Source of the DNA: an uncultured Nitrospiraceae bacterium
GTDB lineage: Bacteria; Nitrospirota; Thermodesulfovibrionia; Thermodesulfovibrionales; Dissulfurispiraceae
DNA length: 64,000 nucleotides
NCBI GenBank assembly: GCA_963727805.1
Contig: CAVSHF010000005.1
Location: forward strand, 704,001-768,000
Reading direction: 5' to 3'
The position numbers were made by a program, and so were the translations under genes. Numbering within the stretch: position 1 is the first letter of the stretch; each line of letters starts with the position of its first letter. Positions 49,869-59,412 of this stretch are shown here, piece by piece. Under the pieces are notes generated by a model. It did not search any database. It was not told where the DNA came from and was given only the letters and a program-made list of their open reading frames with translations.

Positions 49869-52670
49869 ATGAGAGACCTCTCGTATCTGCCTGATCCTGA
49901 AAGGGCGGGCAAGAATATCGATACATTTCTCTCGGATCATCCCGAATTGCGGTCTCGTGTAGACGAATATTTCGACAGTATTACCGCGCTTTTTTCCCAC
50001 AGCCAGTTTCTTGCGAATTATTGCACACAGTATCCCGATCGACTTTTCAATGCGCTCGAATGTCTTCATGAGGCTCTTGATACCCATAAGTATACCGCTG
50101 AATTGCATGAAGAGCTACAGTCGTGCTCTGCGCTGAACGAAGGAATGAAGGCCATCCGGCGCTTCCGCAAGGACAAACAGATTATCGTTACCCTTAAGGA
50201 CATATTGCATCTTGCCGATCTTCCGGACATCATGCTCGACATGAGCAATCTGGCAGATATCATACTCAGGGAGTCGCTTCATTTTGTAGAATTTTTTCTT
50301 GACCAGCGGTATGGAAAGCCTGACGGCAACTCACTCTCCCTGATCAGCCTAGGCAAGCTCGGGGCGCAGGAACTCAATTACAGCTCTGACGTAGACATCA
50401 TCTTCGTTTACCGTGACGAGGGAGAGACCTCCGGCGTCTCCTCGATTCCCGGCATTACAATAAACAGGGTATCGGCTTTCGAGTATTACGTCAAACTTGT
50501 GGAGGAGTTCACAAGGTTCGTTTCTTCAAACACCGAAGACGGATTCGCTTACCGGGTCGACCTAAGGCTACGGCCCGAAGGCCAGCGCGGCAGACTAGCT
50601 CTCTCTCTGCGGGGATATGAAGACTATTATGAGTCATGGGGCCAGTTATGGGAAAAGGCCGCTCTTTTGAGAGCGCGCCCGGTGGCGGGCGATAACGCTC
50701 TTGGCAGAGAATTCCTCTTGACCATCTTGCCATTCATCTACCGGAAGTATCTCGACCTTGATACCATCGACGAGATAAAACGCATGAAGGCCCAGGTAGA
50801 GCAACTGAAAACCAAGACCTTCAGCAGGGACATCAAGCGCGGGTTTGGGGGAATACGTGAGATCGAATTCTTCATCCAGATTTTCCAGCTCATGTATGGA
50901 GGGAAGGAGCCTATCCTGCGCGAAAGAAGTACGCTCAAAGCCTTGCACCGCCTTGTACAAAAAGGCCTGATCGGATATGATGACCTCCACCACCTTTCAG
51001 ACAATTATCTTTTCCTTCGGACTTTAGAACACCGGCTCCAGCAGATGAACGACCTGCAGACCCATAGTCTTCCTTCAGGAGAGAAGGAGCTGGAGGTACT
51101 CGGAAGGAAGATGGGATATGCAGGCCGCAAAGATTTCCTCTCCGAACTCGAGAAAAGGAGAAAGAAGGTCCGCTCAATCTACGATTCGCTCTTCCAGGGC
51201 CGTGATGTATTGGTATCAGAAGAAGGGACAAGCGAAGACATTCTCAGCCGTATCTTCTGGGATGTTGAAATGCCCATCAAGCAGCCCCTTGAAGAAGCAC
51301 TCTCAAAACGCGGCGTAAAAGACATAGGAAAGGCAATCCACTATCTTATGCAGATCCGCAGCAACATATATTCCTTCCAAACGATCAGGGGACGGCGGCT
51401 ACTGGAGGAGATCGTGCCGAAATTTGTCGAAAAAACCCTCGATGGCGACAATCCTGATGCGGCGTTGCTCCAACTTGTCGGCTTTTCGAGCCTTCTTGCA
51501 GCGCACGAGTCCTATCTAGAAGCCCTTCTCCGGCGGCCGGAGATGTTCGATATGTACACCTTCGTCTTCTCACATAGCGACTATCTCTCGAAGATACTCA
51601 TGAGTAACCCTGAGTATATGGAATCACTCGTTCAGTGCACTGTCAAAAGAAAGTCACTGGCGGCTTCAAAGAAGGAACTCGACCTCTTCATCGACCGGAA
51701 GGGCGAGTCCACAGCTATCAGGCTTTTCAGGAGGCTGGAAGAGATTAGGCTGGGCATCCTGTTCCTGAACAGAGAGATAGACGTTGTCCGTCTGATGAAA
51801 GGTGTCAGCACCGTAGCCGAAGCTGTGCTCTCGACCCTTACCACCCATCACTCGATGGGATTGATCATCGCAGGATTCGGCAAGCTCGGTGGCAGGGAGA
51901 TCATTTTCAACTCCGATCTAGACATAGTCTTTATCACGCTGAATGACCCGGAGGTCAAAGACATAAAGGACGCAGAGAATCTCCTTAAGCTTTTAATGTC
52001 ATATACAAAGGCGGGTGTCGCCTATAAAGTCGACACCCGCCTCAGACCCGACGGAAGCAAAGGGCCACTGGTCAGCTCTATTAAAGGGGTCGCCGATTAC
52101 TATCTCAAAAACGCCCAGACATGGGAACTCCAGGCCTTGCTCAAAGCCCGGCCGGTCAGCGGTGATGCCAGGACAAGCCACTTATTTGTAGAGATGAGGA
52201 AGGAAGTCCTGATGAAAAGAGCGAGCGAGATAGCTATTCGCGATATCAAACATATGCGCGAGAGAATCCGCAGGGAGCTTTCGAAGGATGCGATTTCTGC
52301 AGGAATTCATGATATCAAGCTGGGGGCTGGCGGTATAGGGGAACTCGAATTCGCGGTGCAGTACCTGCAGCTCAGGAATTGCAACCTAAGTCCCATGCTT
52401 ATTGTCCAAGGGTCGCTCAATGCCATCCGTCGCCTTGGCGAATTAGGCATTCTCTCTCCGCTCGATGCCGCAGCGCTGAAAGAAACTTATCTCTTTTACA
52501 GAACCATCGAGACGGTGCTCAGATTGCGAAACGAAACAGTCCTCAAGGAGGGAAGCGATACCGCACGCAGTGCTGCGAGGTTGATGGACCTGACCGAAGA
52601 GAGGTTGAGTGAAATCCTAGATCAGAAACGAAAATGGGTGGGAGCCTTCATGGAGAAAATCGGGGATTAA
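49869..52670 (+). CDS. glnE: Bifunctional glutamine synthetase adenylyltransferase/deadenylylase
   Basis: Two nucleotidyltransferase domains: GKLGAQELNYSSDVD / RVDLRLRPEG and GKLGGREIIFNSDLD / VDTRLRPDG. Confidence 0.93.
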   Translation: MRDLSYLPDPERAGKNIDTFLSDHPELRSRVDEYFDSITALFSHSQFLANYCTQYPDRLFNALECLHEALDTHKYTAELHEELQSCSALNEGMKAIRRFRKDKQIIVTLKDILHLADLPDIMLDMSNLADIILRESLHFVEFFLDQRYGKPDGNSLSLISLGKLGAQELNYSSDVDIIFVYRDEGETSGVSSIPGITINRVSAFEYYVKLVEEFTRFVSSNTEDGFAYRVDLRLRPEGQRGRLALSLRGYEDYYESWGQLWEKAALLRARPVAGDNALGREFLLTILPFIYRKYLDLDTIDEIKRMKAQVEQLKTKTFSRDIKRGFGGIREIEFFIQIFQLMYGGKEPILRERSTLKALHRLVQKGLIGYDDLHHLSDNYLFLRTLEHRLQQMNDLQTHSLPSGEKELEVLGRKMGYAGRKDFLSELEKRRKKVRSIYDSLFQGRDVLVSEEGTSEDILSRIFWDVEMPIKQPLEEALSKRGVKDIGKAIHYLMQIRSNIYSFQTIRGRRLLEEIVPKFVEKTLDGDNPDAALLQLVGFSSLLAAHESYLEALLRRPEMFDMYTFVFSHSDYLSKILMSNPEYMESLVQCTVKRKSLAASKKELDLFIDRKGESTAIRLFRRLEEIRLGILFLNREIDVVRLMKGVSTVAEAVLSTLTTHHSMGLIIAGFGKLGGREIIFNSDLDIVFITLNDPEVKDIKDAENLLKLLMSYTKAGVAYKVDTRLRPDGSKGPLVSSIKGVADYYLKNAQTWELQALLKARPVSGDARTSHLFVEMRKEVLMKRASEIAIRDIKHMRERIRRELSKDAISAGIHDIKLGAGGIGELEFAVQYLQLRNCNLSPMLIVQGSLNAIRRLGELGILSPLDAAALKETYLFYRTIETVLRLRNETVLKEGSDTARSAARLMDLTEERLSEILDQKRKWVGAFMEKIGD

Positions 52671-52671
52671 A

Positions 52672-54159
52672 TTGTCGGCAGACCCACTATTTCAGATAGA
52701 AGAAGCGACGATCGAGGGCATTCATGCAGCAATGCAGCAAGGCCTGCTAACAGCACGCCAGCTTGTCGAAATGTATCTTGCTCGGATAGCGGAGTATGAT
52801 AAAAAAGGTCCTGCTATCAACTCCATCATCACAGTCAATCCGAAAGCCATAGAAGAAGCTGATACTCTTGATAGGAGATTCAGGGAATCCGGCATCACCG
52901 GATCTCTCCACGGCATCTGTGTTCTTCTAAAAGACAATATTGAAACGTATGATATGACGACGACCGCCGGGTCCTCAAGTCTTAAGGGCTATTGGCCGGC
53001 CAACGACGCACCGGTGGCAAGAAAGCTACGTGAGGCAGGTGCAATCATGCTGGCCAAGACAAATCTTCACGAGTTTGCCCTTTGGGGAGAAACCCTAAGT
53101 TCCATCCTCGGGCAGACATTGAATCCTTACGACCTGACCAGAACTCCGGGGGGATCGAGCGGAGGTACCGGGGCATCGATAGCGGCCAATTTCGGCACCG
53201 TCGGTGTTGGAACCGACACGGTCAACTCAGTCCGATCCCCCGCAAGTGCATGCAACCTCGTGGGGATCAGACCGACCATCGGGCTTATATCAAGAAACGG
53301 CATAATCCCATATTCGCTCACGCAGGATACCGCGGGCCCGATTGCAAGGAGTGTCCCTGATGCAGCACGCTTGCTCTACCTTATGGCCGGTTATGATCCG
53401 GGTGACCCCATTACTGCCTGGAGCACAGGGAATATCCCGGATAACTATGAATCATTCCTCGCAAAAGACGCACTGGCCGGGGCGCGGATTGGGGTTCTTG
53501 AAAGCTTCTTCGGCACTGGCCCTGAACATGCGGAGGTAAACAAAGTCATACGGACGTCGATCGATATAATGAAAGAGAAAGGTGCGGGTATCTTTTCGAT
53601 TAACGCTCCACTAGACGCCGACAGAATTCTCGCCGAAGTGAGCGTTCATCGTTATGAACTGAGGGAACATTTGACCCAATACCTACAAAACGCCAATCCT
53701 CCGGCCCCAGTAAAATCACTGGGAGATATACTTTCATGGGGTAAATACCATTCGAACAATGAGCCGGATATTCGAAAAGCAATGAGTCTGAGCGTTACCG
53801 ACAGAGCGTATTATGAACGGGTGATCCGGCGGATTCTCCTTCAGGAATCATATCTGAAGATCATGGCTGACAACGCGCTCGATTCAATAATTTTTCCCCA
53901 TCAAAAGAGATTAGTTGTTCCGAGAGGTCAGACGCAAGTGGACAGAAACGGAGTCTTGACCGCAGTCGTGGGGTTCCCCTCGATCGTCGTTCCCGCCGGA
54001 TTTTCCATCCCCACTGAAACCGCCCCACTCGGCGTGCCGGTAGGAATTGAGTTCGCAGGCCGTCCCTGGAGCGAACCGCTTTTAATCGGGCTGGCGTATT
54101 CCTTTGAACAGGCCACGAAGTTTCGCCATCCGCCAATAAGCAACAGGTTTGTCGTCTGA
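52672..54159 (+). CDS. Amidase-signature family protein
   Basis: LKDN (Lys), TPGGSSGG (cis-Ser), GTDTVNSVRSPAS (nucleophile Ser); TTG start. Confidence 0.9.
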   Translation: MSADPLFQIEEATIEGIHAAMQQGLLTARQLVEMYLARIAEYDKKGPAINSIITVNPKAIEEADTLDRRFRESGITGSLHGICVLLKDNIETYDMTTTAGSSSLKGYWPANDAPVARKLREAGAIMLAKTNLHEFALWGETLSSILGQTLNPYDLTRTPGGSSGGTGASIAANFGTVGVGTDTVNSVRSPASACNLVGIRPTIGLISRNGIIPYSLTQDTAGPIARSVPDAARLLYLMAGYDPGDPITAWSTGNIPDNYESFLAKDALAGARIGVLESFFGTGPEHAEVNKVIRTSIDIMKEKGAGIFSINAPLDADRILAEVSVHRYELREHLTQYLQNANPPAPVKSLGDILSWGKYHSNNEPDIRKAMSLSVTDRAYYERVIRRILLQESYLKIMADNALDSIIFPHQKRLVVPRGQTQVDRNGVLTAVVGFPSIVVPAGFSIPTETAPLGVPVGIEFAGRPWSEPLLIGLAYSFEQATKFRHPPISNRFVV

Positions 54160-54639
54160 TCTATTCCTGCCGCCTGCTCCAAGTCAAGACAACCATAATC
54201 AACAATATTCCGACTTGGACTTGTGCCGATAGCCCCACATGCAAGTCCGAGGGATTTACGATTCTTGTTATGTTGGATTCTCTTTCAGATCACATTCACG
54301 CTCCATAGACAGAGCGACAAAAAACAAGTGAGAGATTCATTTGCGAATTCCATTTTTTCTGTTATGGGGTCGATTTGCCACATACCAAGGAAGTCATAGA
54401 TAAAAGCTCATCAAAGGTGCGTTTAAGTCTTTCCGGCTAGTCCGCAATCCTCCTTAAAAAAGATTCCGGACCAGTGAGAATAACTACCAAGTAGCCTTAC
54501 CTATGACTGTGCAGGAATAGTTCGATGCTGTGATGTTCTAGATATTTTCCAGTGCGCTTTTACAATTTTTACTCGGAGAATTTCAATTATAGTATGTATC
54601 CTGTCTGCAAACGCCTGCAGCCTATCGCTCGGGCTGGAT

Positions 54640-55623
54640 CTAATTTTTTGACTCATCAACTCTTTTCTGTCGATGCTGCACGAAGGCGTCACGCATTGAG
54701 ACGTAAGGGTCAATGGCCGCTTCCTTGAAGGACTCATAATCTCCAATCTTGAACGATGTGTCATTCACCTTTTCATGTGCTGAGATCGCCACTTGTTCTC
54801 CGAAAGTTAAATCAGAACTGGGTACATAGGTCAAGGGATACATAAGGCGATCACCTACGATTCCAATCCCATCACGGACTGAAGAAGGTCCGAATACAGG
54901 TAATACGAGATAAAAGCCATGACCAATGCCATAATGGCCAAGTGTCTGGCCGAAATCTGCCTGCTGCTTTTTGATACCAAGGGCCTCGCTGGCAGCATCG
55001 CTGAGGCCCCCGATGCCTGCAAAGGAATTGAAGAGAAACCTTATGAGTTCATTTCCTGCCGCCTTAAGCCTGAGTTGGAATAGATTGTTCACCACTCTGG
55101 ACGGGGCCCAGAGATTATCGTAGGCATTGCTGAATGCAATTCTGAATTCTTCGGGAATAATGTGAGAATATACCTGAGCTGCAGGTTTGAGTCCCCAAAA
55201 ATACAACTTATCATTAAAATGAAACATCACCTTATTCACCGGAGCAATAGGGTCGGGAATTGAGGGGGCTGCCTCTTCGATCTCATCAGAAACGCCCAGG
55301 CTTTCAGCGGGGACATCTACCCGGGTCTTTGTATCTTCAGTTGCGTCCTGCTCTGTCAATGCAATTATTCTCTCTTCATTCCGAACTTGCATGTCGGGCA
55401 GTTCTGCTGGCAAGGTACCCAGCATCGTGACAGCATCGGGCGGCTTAACAATTGAGAGTTTCTGAAAAACTTCTTTCGCCTCAGACAAGTCCCGTGGAAC
55501 TGCGAGCGTCTCCCGGCCTTGAGACGATAAAGTATCCACGTTTGTCGAAGACGTATCTGCCCACAGAGAGGCCGGACATAGAAGAAGAATAGAGGTCAGT
55601 ATGAAAATAGGTACCAGCTTCAT
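54640..55623 (-). CDS. mlaA: MlaA/VacJ-family outer-membrane protein
   Basis: DPI..VNK..F.FND, DFGQTLG, YLVLPVFGPSSVRD, DPYVSMRDA; AAGGAG SD before 55623. Confidence 0.9.
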   Translation of the reverse strand: MKLVPIFILTSILLLCPASLWADTSSTNVDTLSSQGRETLAVPRDLSEAKEVFQKLSIVKPPDAVTMLGTLPAELPDMQVRNEERIIALTEQDATEDTKTRVDVPAESLGVSDEIEEAAPSIPDPIAPVNKVMFHFNDKLYFWGLKPAAQVYSHIIPEEFRIAFSNAYDNLWAPSRVVNNLFQLRLKAAGNELIRFLFNSFAGIGGLSDAASEALGIKKQQADFGQTLGHYGIGHGFYLVLPVFGPSSVRDGIGIVGDRLMYPLTYVPSSDLTFGEQVAISAHEKVNDTSFKIGDYESFKEAAIDPYVSMRDAFVQHRQKRVDESKN

Positions 55624-55657
55624 GATTTTCTCCTTTCGTGGTGTCTTCATGAGCGGT

Positions 55658-56251
55658 TCACGCTTTGTCAACCTTCTTTCTGATGGATTCCAGTAATGTT
55701 GCCGGAGGTTTGTTCGTAAGTATCTCTCTGAACTGAGTGCGGTAGTTATTGATGAGGCTAACCCCTTCGATAACGACATCGTAGACCCTCCAGCCATCAT
55801 CCTTCAATATCACACGGTAGTTAATTGGGACCTCGGAAGTCTTCCTCAGGACCGTGCTCCTAACCTCAACCGTCTTTTCAGTCAGTGTAACCTCATTGGT
55901 AAAGACTATTTTTTCATCAGTATACGCCATGATCTTGTCAGCATAGGTATCTTCGAGGAGAGAGGTATAAAGATCGATGAACTCCTTTTGCTGCTCAGGA
56001 CTGAACTTGCTCCAGTTCTGCGCTAACGTCCTCTTGGAAAGTTCCGTAAAGTCGAACATCTTCTGCGCGATAGCCCGGATTTTATTCTTCTTGATCTTCC
56101 GGGCCGATTCTGCTTTGAGTGACGGATCACGCAATACATCCAGCACCTTGTCAGCATTACTCTTAACAGTGTCAAGCGCCCCACCTGCATTGGCAGAGAG
56201 CGGAATGATCAGGCAAAGAACGAATGCGATTACAAAGAAGCTCTTCTTCAT
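55658..56251 (-). CDS. mlaC: MlaC/Ttg2D periplasmic phospholipid-binding protein
   Basis: Signal peptide; FDFTELSKRTL, WRVYDVVIEGVSLINNYRTQF. Confidence 0.92.
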   Translation of the reverse strand: MKKSFFVIAFVLCLIIPLSANAGGALDTVKSNADKVLDVLRDPSLKAESARKIKKNKIRAIAQKMFDFTELSKRTLAQNWSKFSPEQQKEFIDLYTSLLEDTYADKIMAYTDEKIVFTNEVTLTEKTVEVRSTVLRKTSEVPINYRVILKDDGWRVYDVVIEGVSLINNYRTQFREILTNKPPATLLESIRKKVDKA

Positions 56252-56268
56252 CTTTTCCCCCGTCAGTC

Positions 56269-56742
56269 TTATTTGGTATCCTTTTTGTCGTCCTTCTTGA
56301 CATCTCCGAATGCGTATTTACTTATCAAGTCCTCTACGTCGACGGGTGAGTTGGTCTCAGAAATCCTCGCTCCCGGCTTCAGCATCGTACCGCCTCCTCC
56401 AGGATCGACCTTGATGAACTTATCGCCGATGAGCCCGGCAGTCTTGATTGAGGCAGCGGCGTCGTCGTAAATCTTTATGCCTTTCCTGATCTTCAATTCC
56501 ACGACGGCCACCTGCTTCTCCTGATCTATAGTCATGTTTTCCACCCGTCCGACCTCAATGCCATCAATCTCGATAATATTACCAACCCGCAAGCCAGATA
56601 CCGTACTGAAATTTGCATAGAGAGTATAATAATTATTCCCGAAAAAAGAAACCTTTCCGAGTTTTATGGTCATGTAAGCAATGCAGACAAGGCCGATGAC
56701 CACAAAGATGCCGACGACCGTTTCGATCGAGTGTTTTTTCAT
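56269..56742 (-). CDS. mlaD: MlaD MCE-domain protein
   Basis: ETVVGIFV TM helix, VSGLRVG, GIEVGRV, TAGLIGDKFI. Confidence 0.93.
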   Translation of the reverse strand: MKKHSIETVVGIFVVIGLVCIAYMTIKLGKVSFFGNNYYTLYANFSTVSGLRVGNIIEIDGIEVGRVENMTIDQEKQVAVVELKIRKGIKIYDDAAASIKTAGLIGDKFIKVDPGGGGTMLKPGARISETNSPVDVEDLISKYAFGDVKKDDKKDTK

Positions 56743-57989
56743 TACAAACCAACCTCCTTACCGCACTGATATTTTGCGATTATCTTCTCATTCGCTTCAG
56801 CCCTTTCCATAATCTGTTCAATGTCGTCAGTGGAGCTGCCTTCAGTTATGCCTGCAGTCACCCATATTTCGAAGCATGTCTTCACTCCTATCTTTTCAGC
56901 GGTCAATGCCTGGATCTCGGGGAGTGCCTTTGTCTGGAGCCCTTCAGCAAAATCACTCACTAATTGTCCAGCCTCTTCAATGCTTACGCGTGGCAGGATG
57001 GTAAGGATCTTGTCTCTGCTGTGGCGCGCCGAGAACCCTCCCAAGGGAACGCAATATTTATTTACATGTTCCCCAAGAGCCTTGAGGACCTCAATGGCAG
57101 CCTGAGGCCCAAGCGCATTAGCAAGTAGTTCACAGTGAATGCCAAAGAGCACAGCCGTGATAGTGGTGTCGACATGTCCGCCGCTGAGCGTCAGGGCATA
57201 ACGGGACCTGAACATTTCCTTAGAGAGAAGCCCGGTGAGTTCGTCACGGAGCCCCTCAATGCTCTGTAGGAATTCATCGATCATAGGATGTTTCAGCATT
57301 GTCAACTCGTCATAAGTCCCATGAAAGGCGATCTTCCCCTCCCAGAGGAGGAGAATCCGGTCAGAGATGAAGAAGACATCGGGGATTTCGTGGCTGATGA
57401 GAACCGCGGTAAACCCGAACTGTTTGCGGTAATGAGCAATCATGCTTAGGATAGTGTTCTTCCGGATCGGGTCCTGGCCGGTTGTCGGCTCATCGAAGAG
57501 CACGATGGTCGGGTCCGTCACGAGCGCCCGGGCCAGTGCCACCCGCTTCTGCATACCGCCCGACAGTTCCGAGGGATATTTAAGAAGGGCGTCGGAGAGC
57601 TCCATTTGTTCAGTCCGTGCCATCACCTTTTGTTCGATTTCCTTCCTGCCCATATTTGTGGTCTGTATGAGCGGGAGGGCTATATTTTCAAAGACCGTCA
57701 TGGAATCGAAAAGGGCATTATTCTGGAACATATAACTGATCCGGCTCCGGTACCCGTCCCATTCGCTCTTTTTCATTGCATGGACAGGCTTTCCCTTGAA
57801 GAGGATACTTCCTTCGTCAGGAGAGAGGAGTCCGATGATATGTTTAAGGAGAACGCTCTTACCGCTGCCGCTCTTGCCGATTATAGTCGTGATCTGATTT
57901 TCATAAATCTCAAGATTCGCTTTATCGAGAATAGTCTTATTATCAAAGCGCTTTACGACATCTCTGAATTCTATCAAGGGCGTTTCCAT
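56742..57989 (-). CDS. mlaF: MlaF-type ABC ATPase with a C-terminal degenerate GGDEF-like domain
   Basis: GKSGSGKS, FQNNALFDSM, LSGGMQKR, FDEPT, SH; about 165 extra residues starting at DELTGL. Confidence 0.88.
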   Translation of the reverse strand: METPLIEFRDVVKRFDNKTILDKANLEIYENQITTIIGKSGSGKSVLLKHIIGLLSPDEGSILFKGKPVHAMKKSEWDGYRSRISYMFQNNALFDSMTVFENIALPLIQTTNMGRKEIEQKVMARTEQMELSDALLKYPSELSGGMQKRVALARALVTDPTIVLFDEPTTGQDPIRKNTILSMIAHYRKQFGFTAVLISHEIPDVFFISDRILLLWEGKIAFHGTYDELTMLKHPMIDEFLQSIEGLRDELTGLLSKEMFRSRYALTLSGGHVDTTITAVLFGIHCELLANALGPQAAIEVLKALGEHVNKYCVPLGGFSARHSRDKILTILPRVSIEEAGQLVSDFAEGLQTKALPEIQALTAEKIGVKTCFEIWVTAGITEGSSTDDIEQIMERAEANEKIIAKYQCGKEVGL

Positions 57990-57997
57990 CGGCACCT

Positions 57998-58807
57998 CTA
58001 CATGAGAAAGGATGTGACTACGTAATCAGAGATAAGAATCATGACACAAGAGATCACGACTGCCGATGTGGTCGAAATACTGACGCTTTTTGCGCCGTAA
58101 CTGTCGGTACGGAGGTGAGTGAAGTACCCCTGATAGCAGCAGGTCGTCGCTACGAGCACGGCAAAGACGAGTGATTTGATAAAGCCGCCCCTAATATCGA
58201 CTATGTCCACATAGGAATGGATACGATAAAAATAGGCGCCCTTGTCCACTCCGAGGAGGACGACACCAGTGAGATATCCCCCGAGTATCCCGAGGAGATC
58301 AAAGAAGGCGGTCAGCAAGGGGAAGCTGATAATTGCAGCGGCTATACGCGGACTGATGATATACCGCACAGGGTCTATCCGCATGGTATAGAGCGCATCG
58401 ATCTGTTCGGATATGCGCAGAATGCCTATTTCTGCCGTTATGGCAGAACCAGCACGCGCGGTAATCATTATCGCGGTAAGGACGGGGCCAAGTTCACGGA
58501 TGAGGGTAAGGGCGACGACCGACCCGAGGACTCCTTCAGAACCGAATTTAGTCAGGGTATAGAAAAGCTGAAGACCGAGCACCATACCGGTGAAGAGGCC
58601 GACGAGCATCACGATATTTGAAGACTTTGCCCCGATGAAAAAGACCTGCTGGATAATCTCCCGTATCTGTTTGGGTCGAAAGATCTTCAAAAAACTAAGT
58701 GTAAAGAAGATCGCTACAGCGCCAAGATTATTAATACCTTTCAATGTCCTGTTGCCAATAGAATCAAAGAATATGCTGAAGAAATCGTCTTTTATTGTAA
58801 ACTCCAT
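57998..58807 (-). CDS. mlaE: MlaE permease
   Basis: RELGPVLTA, ARAGSA, AEIG, SEQIDAL, PRI. Confidence 0.93.
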   Translation of the reverse strand: MEFTIKDDFFSIFFDSIGNRTLKGINNLGAVAIFFTLSFLKIFRPKQIREIIQQVFFIGAKSSNIVMLVGLFTGMVLGLQLFYTLTKFGSEGVLGSVVALTLIRELGPVLTAIMITARAGSAITAEIGILRISEQIDALYTMRIDPVRYIISPRIAAAIISFPLLTAFFDLLGILGGYLTGVVLLGVDKGAYFYRIHSYVDIVDIRGGFIKSLVFAVLVATTCCYQGYFTHLRTDSYGAKSVSISTTSAVVISCVMILISDYVVTSFLM

Positions 58808-58969
58808 CTCTTTAGTATTCTACCCTTTATGATATTTACATTTCTCGGTTTCTGATTATATAACCATATGCGCCGAATCCTAGTCTTAAGTTTCGTGCGA
58901 GACGATAACCACCGTTCATGGTCCGTTGCTGATTCCTCCGCAGCAAAGCGACTAAAAGGAATGCATGTC

Positions 58970-59257
58970 TCACTTGCATTCCACGAGGCCAGCCCTATCC
59001 TTGTCGATCCAAACGACTCTGAGTTTCGCCATAGGTTCGACAAGACTCACCAGATCTCCTCTCATAAGCTTTGCATCCGTAATGATGCCAAACCCATTGC
59101 CGCTCATATCAACAATATTACAGATCCATTTATTTCCCGCTGCATCATATAATTCTGTAACAAAGTCACATACCATCCTTGGCCAATATCTTGCTTCTTC
59201 GAGCAAATCTCCCTTGAAGTCACGATTGCAAGTATCCACACAGACCTCTCTTTTCAC
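58970..59257 (-). CDS. Single-domain PilZ protein
   Basis: RxxxR (RYWPR) and DxSxxG (DMSGNG) motifs, then VVW...AGL. Confidence 0.8.
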   Translation of the reverse strand: MKREVCVDTCNRDFKGDLLEEARYWPRMVCDFVTELYDAAGNKWICNIVDMSGNGFGIITDAKLMRGDLVSLVEPMAKLRVVWIDKDRAGLVECK

Positions 59258-59367
59258 GGGACTCTAACTTTAACAGATAATCTAATTTTACTATATTAAT
59301 TTATTCTGACAAGAAAATGATAAATAGACGACAATAACATGCATATGGGCATTCTCCAGAATTTCCA

Positions 59368-59395
59368 TTATAATAGACCTTAGCGTCTATTATAA
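59368..59395. promoter_or_regulatory. Perfect 11-6-11 palindrome between the divergent PilZ and orphan genes
   Basis: TTATAATAGAC-CTTAGC-GTCTATTATAA; contains TATAAT on both strands. Confidence 0.65.
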
Positions 59396-59412
59396 CGCAC
59401 AGAGGAGGCACA

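Noticed and set aside
55624..55800. N-terminal extension of the mlaA ORF in the track
   Set aside because: It overlaps mlaC; the SD and signal peptide support a start at 55623.
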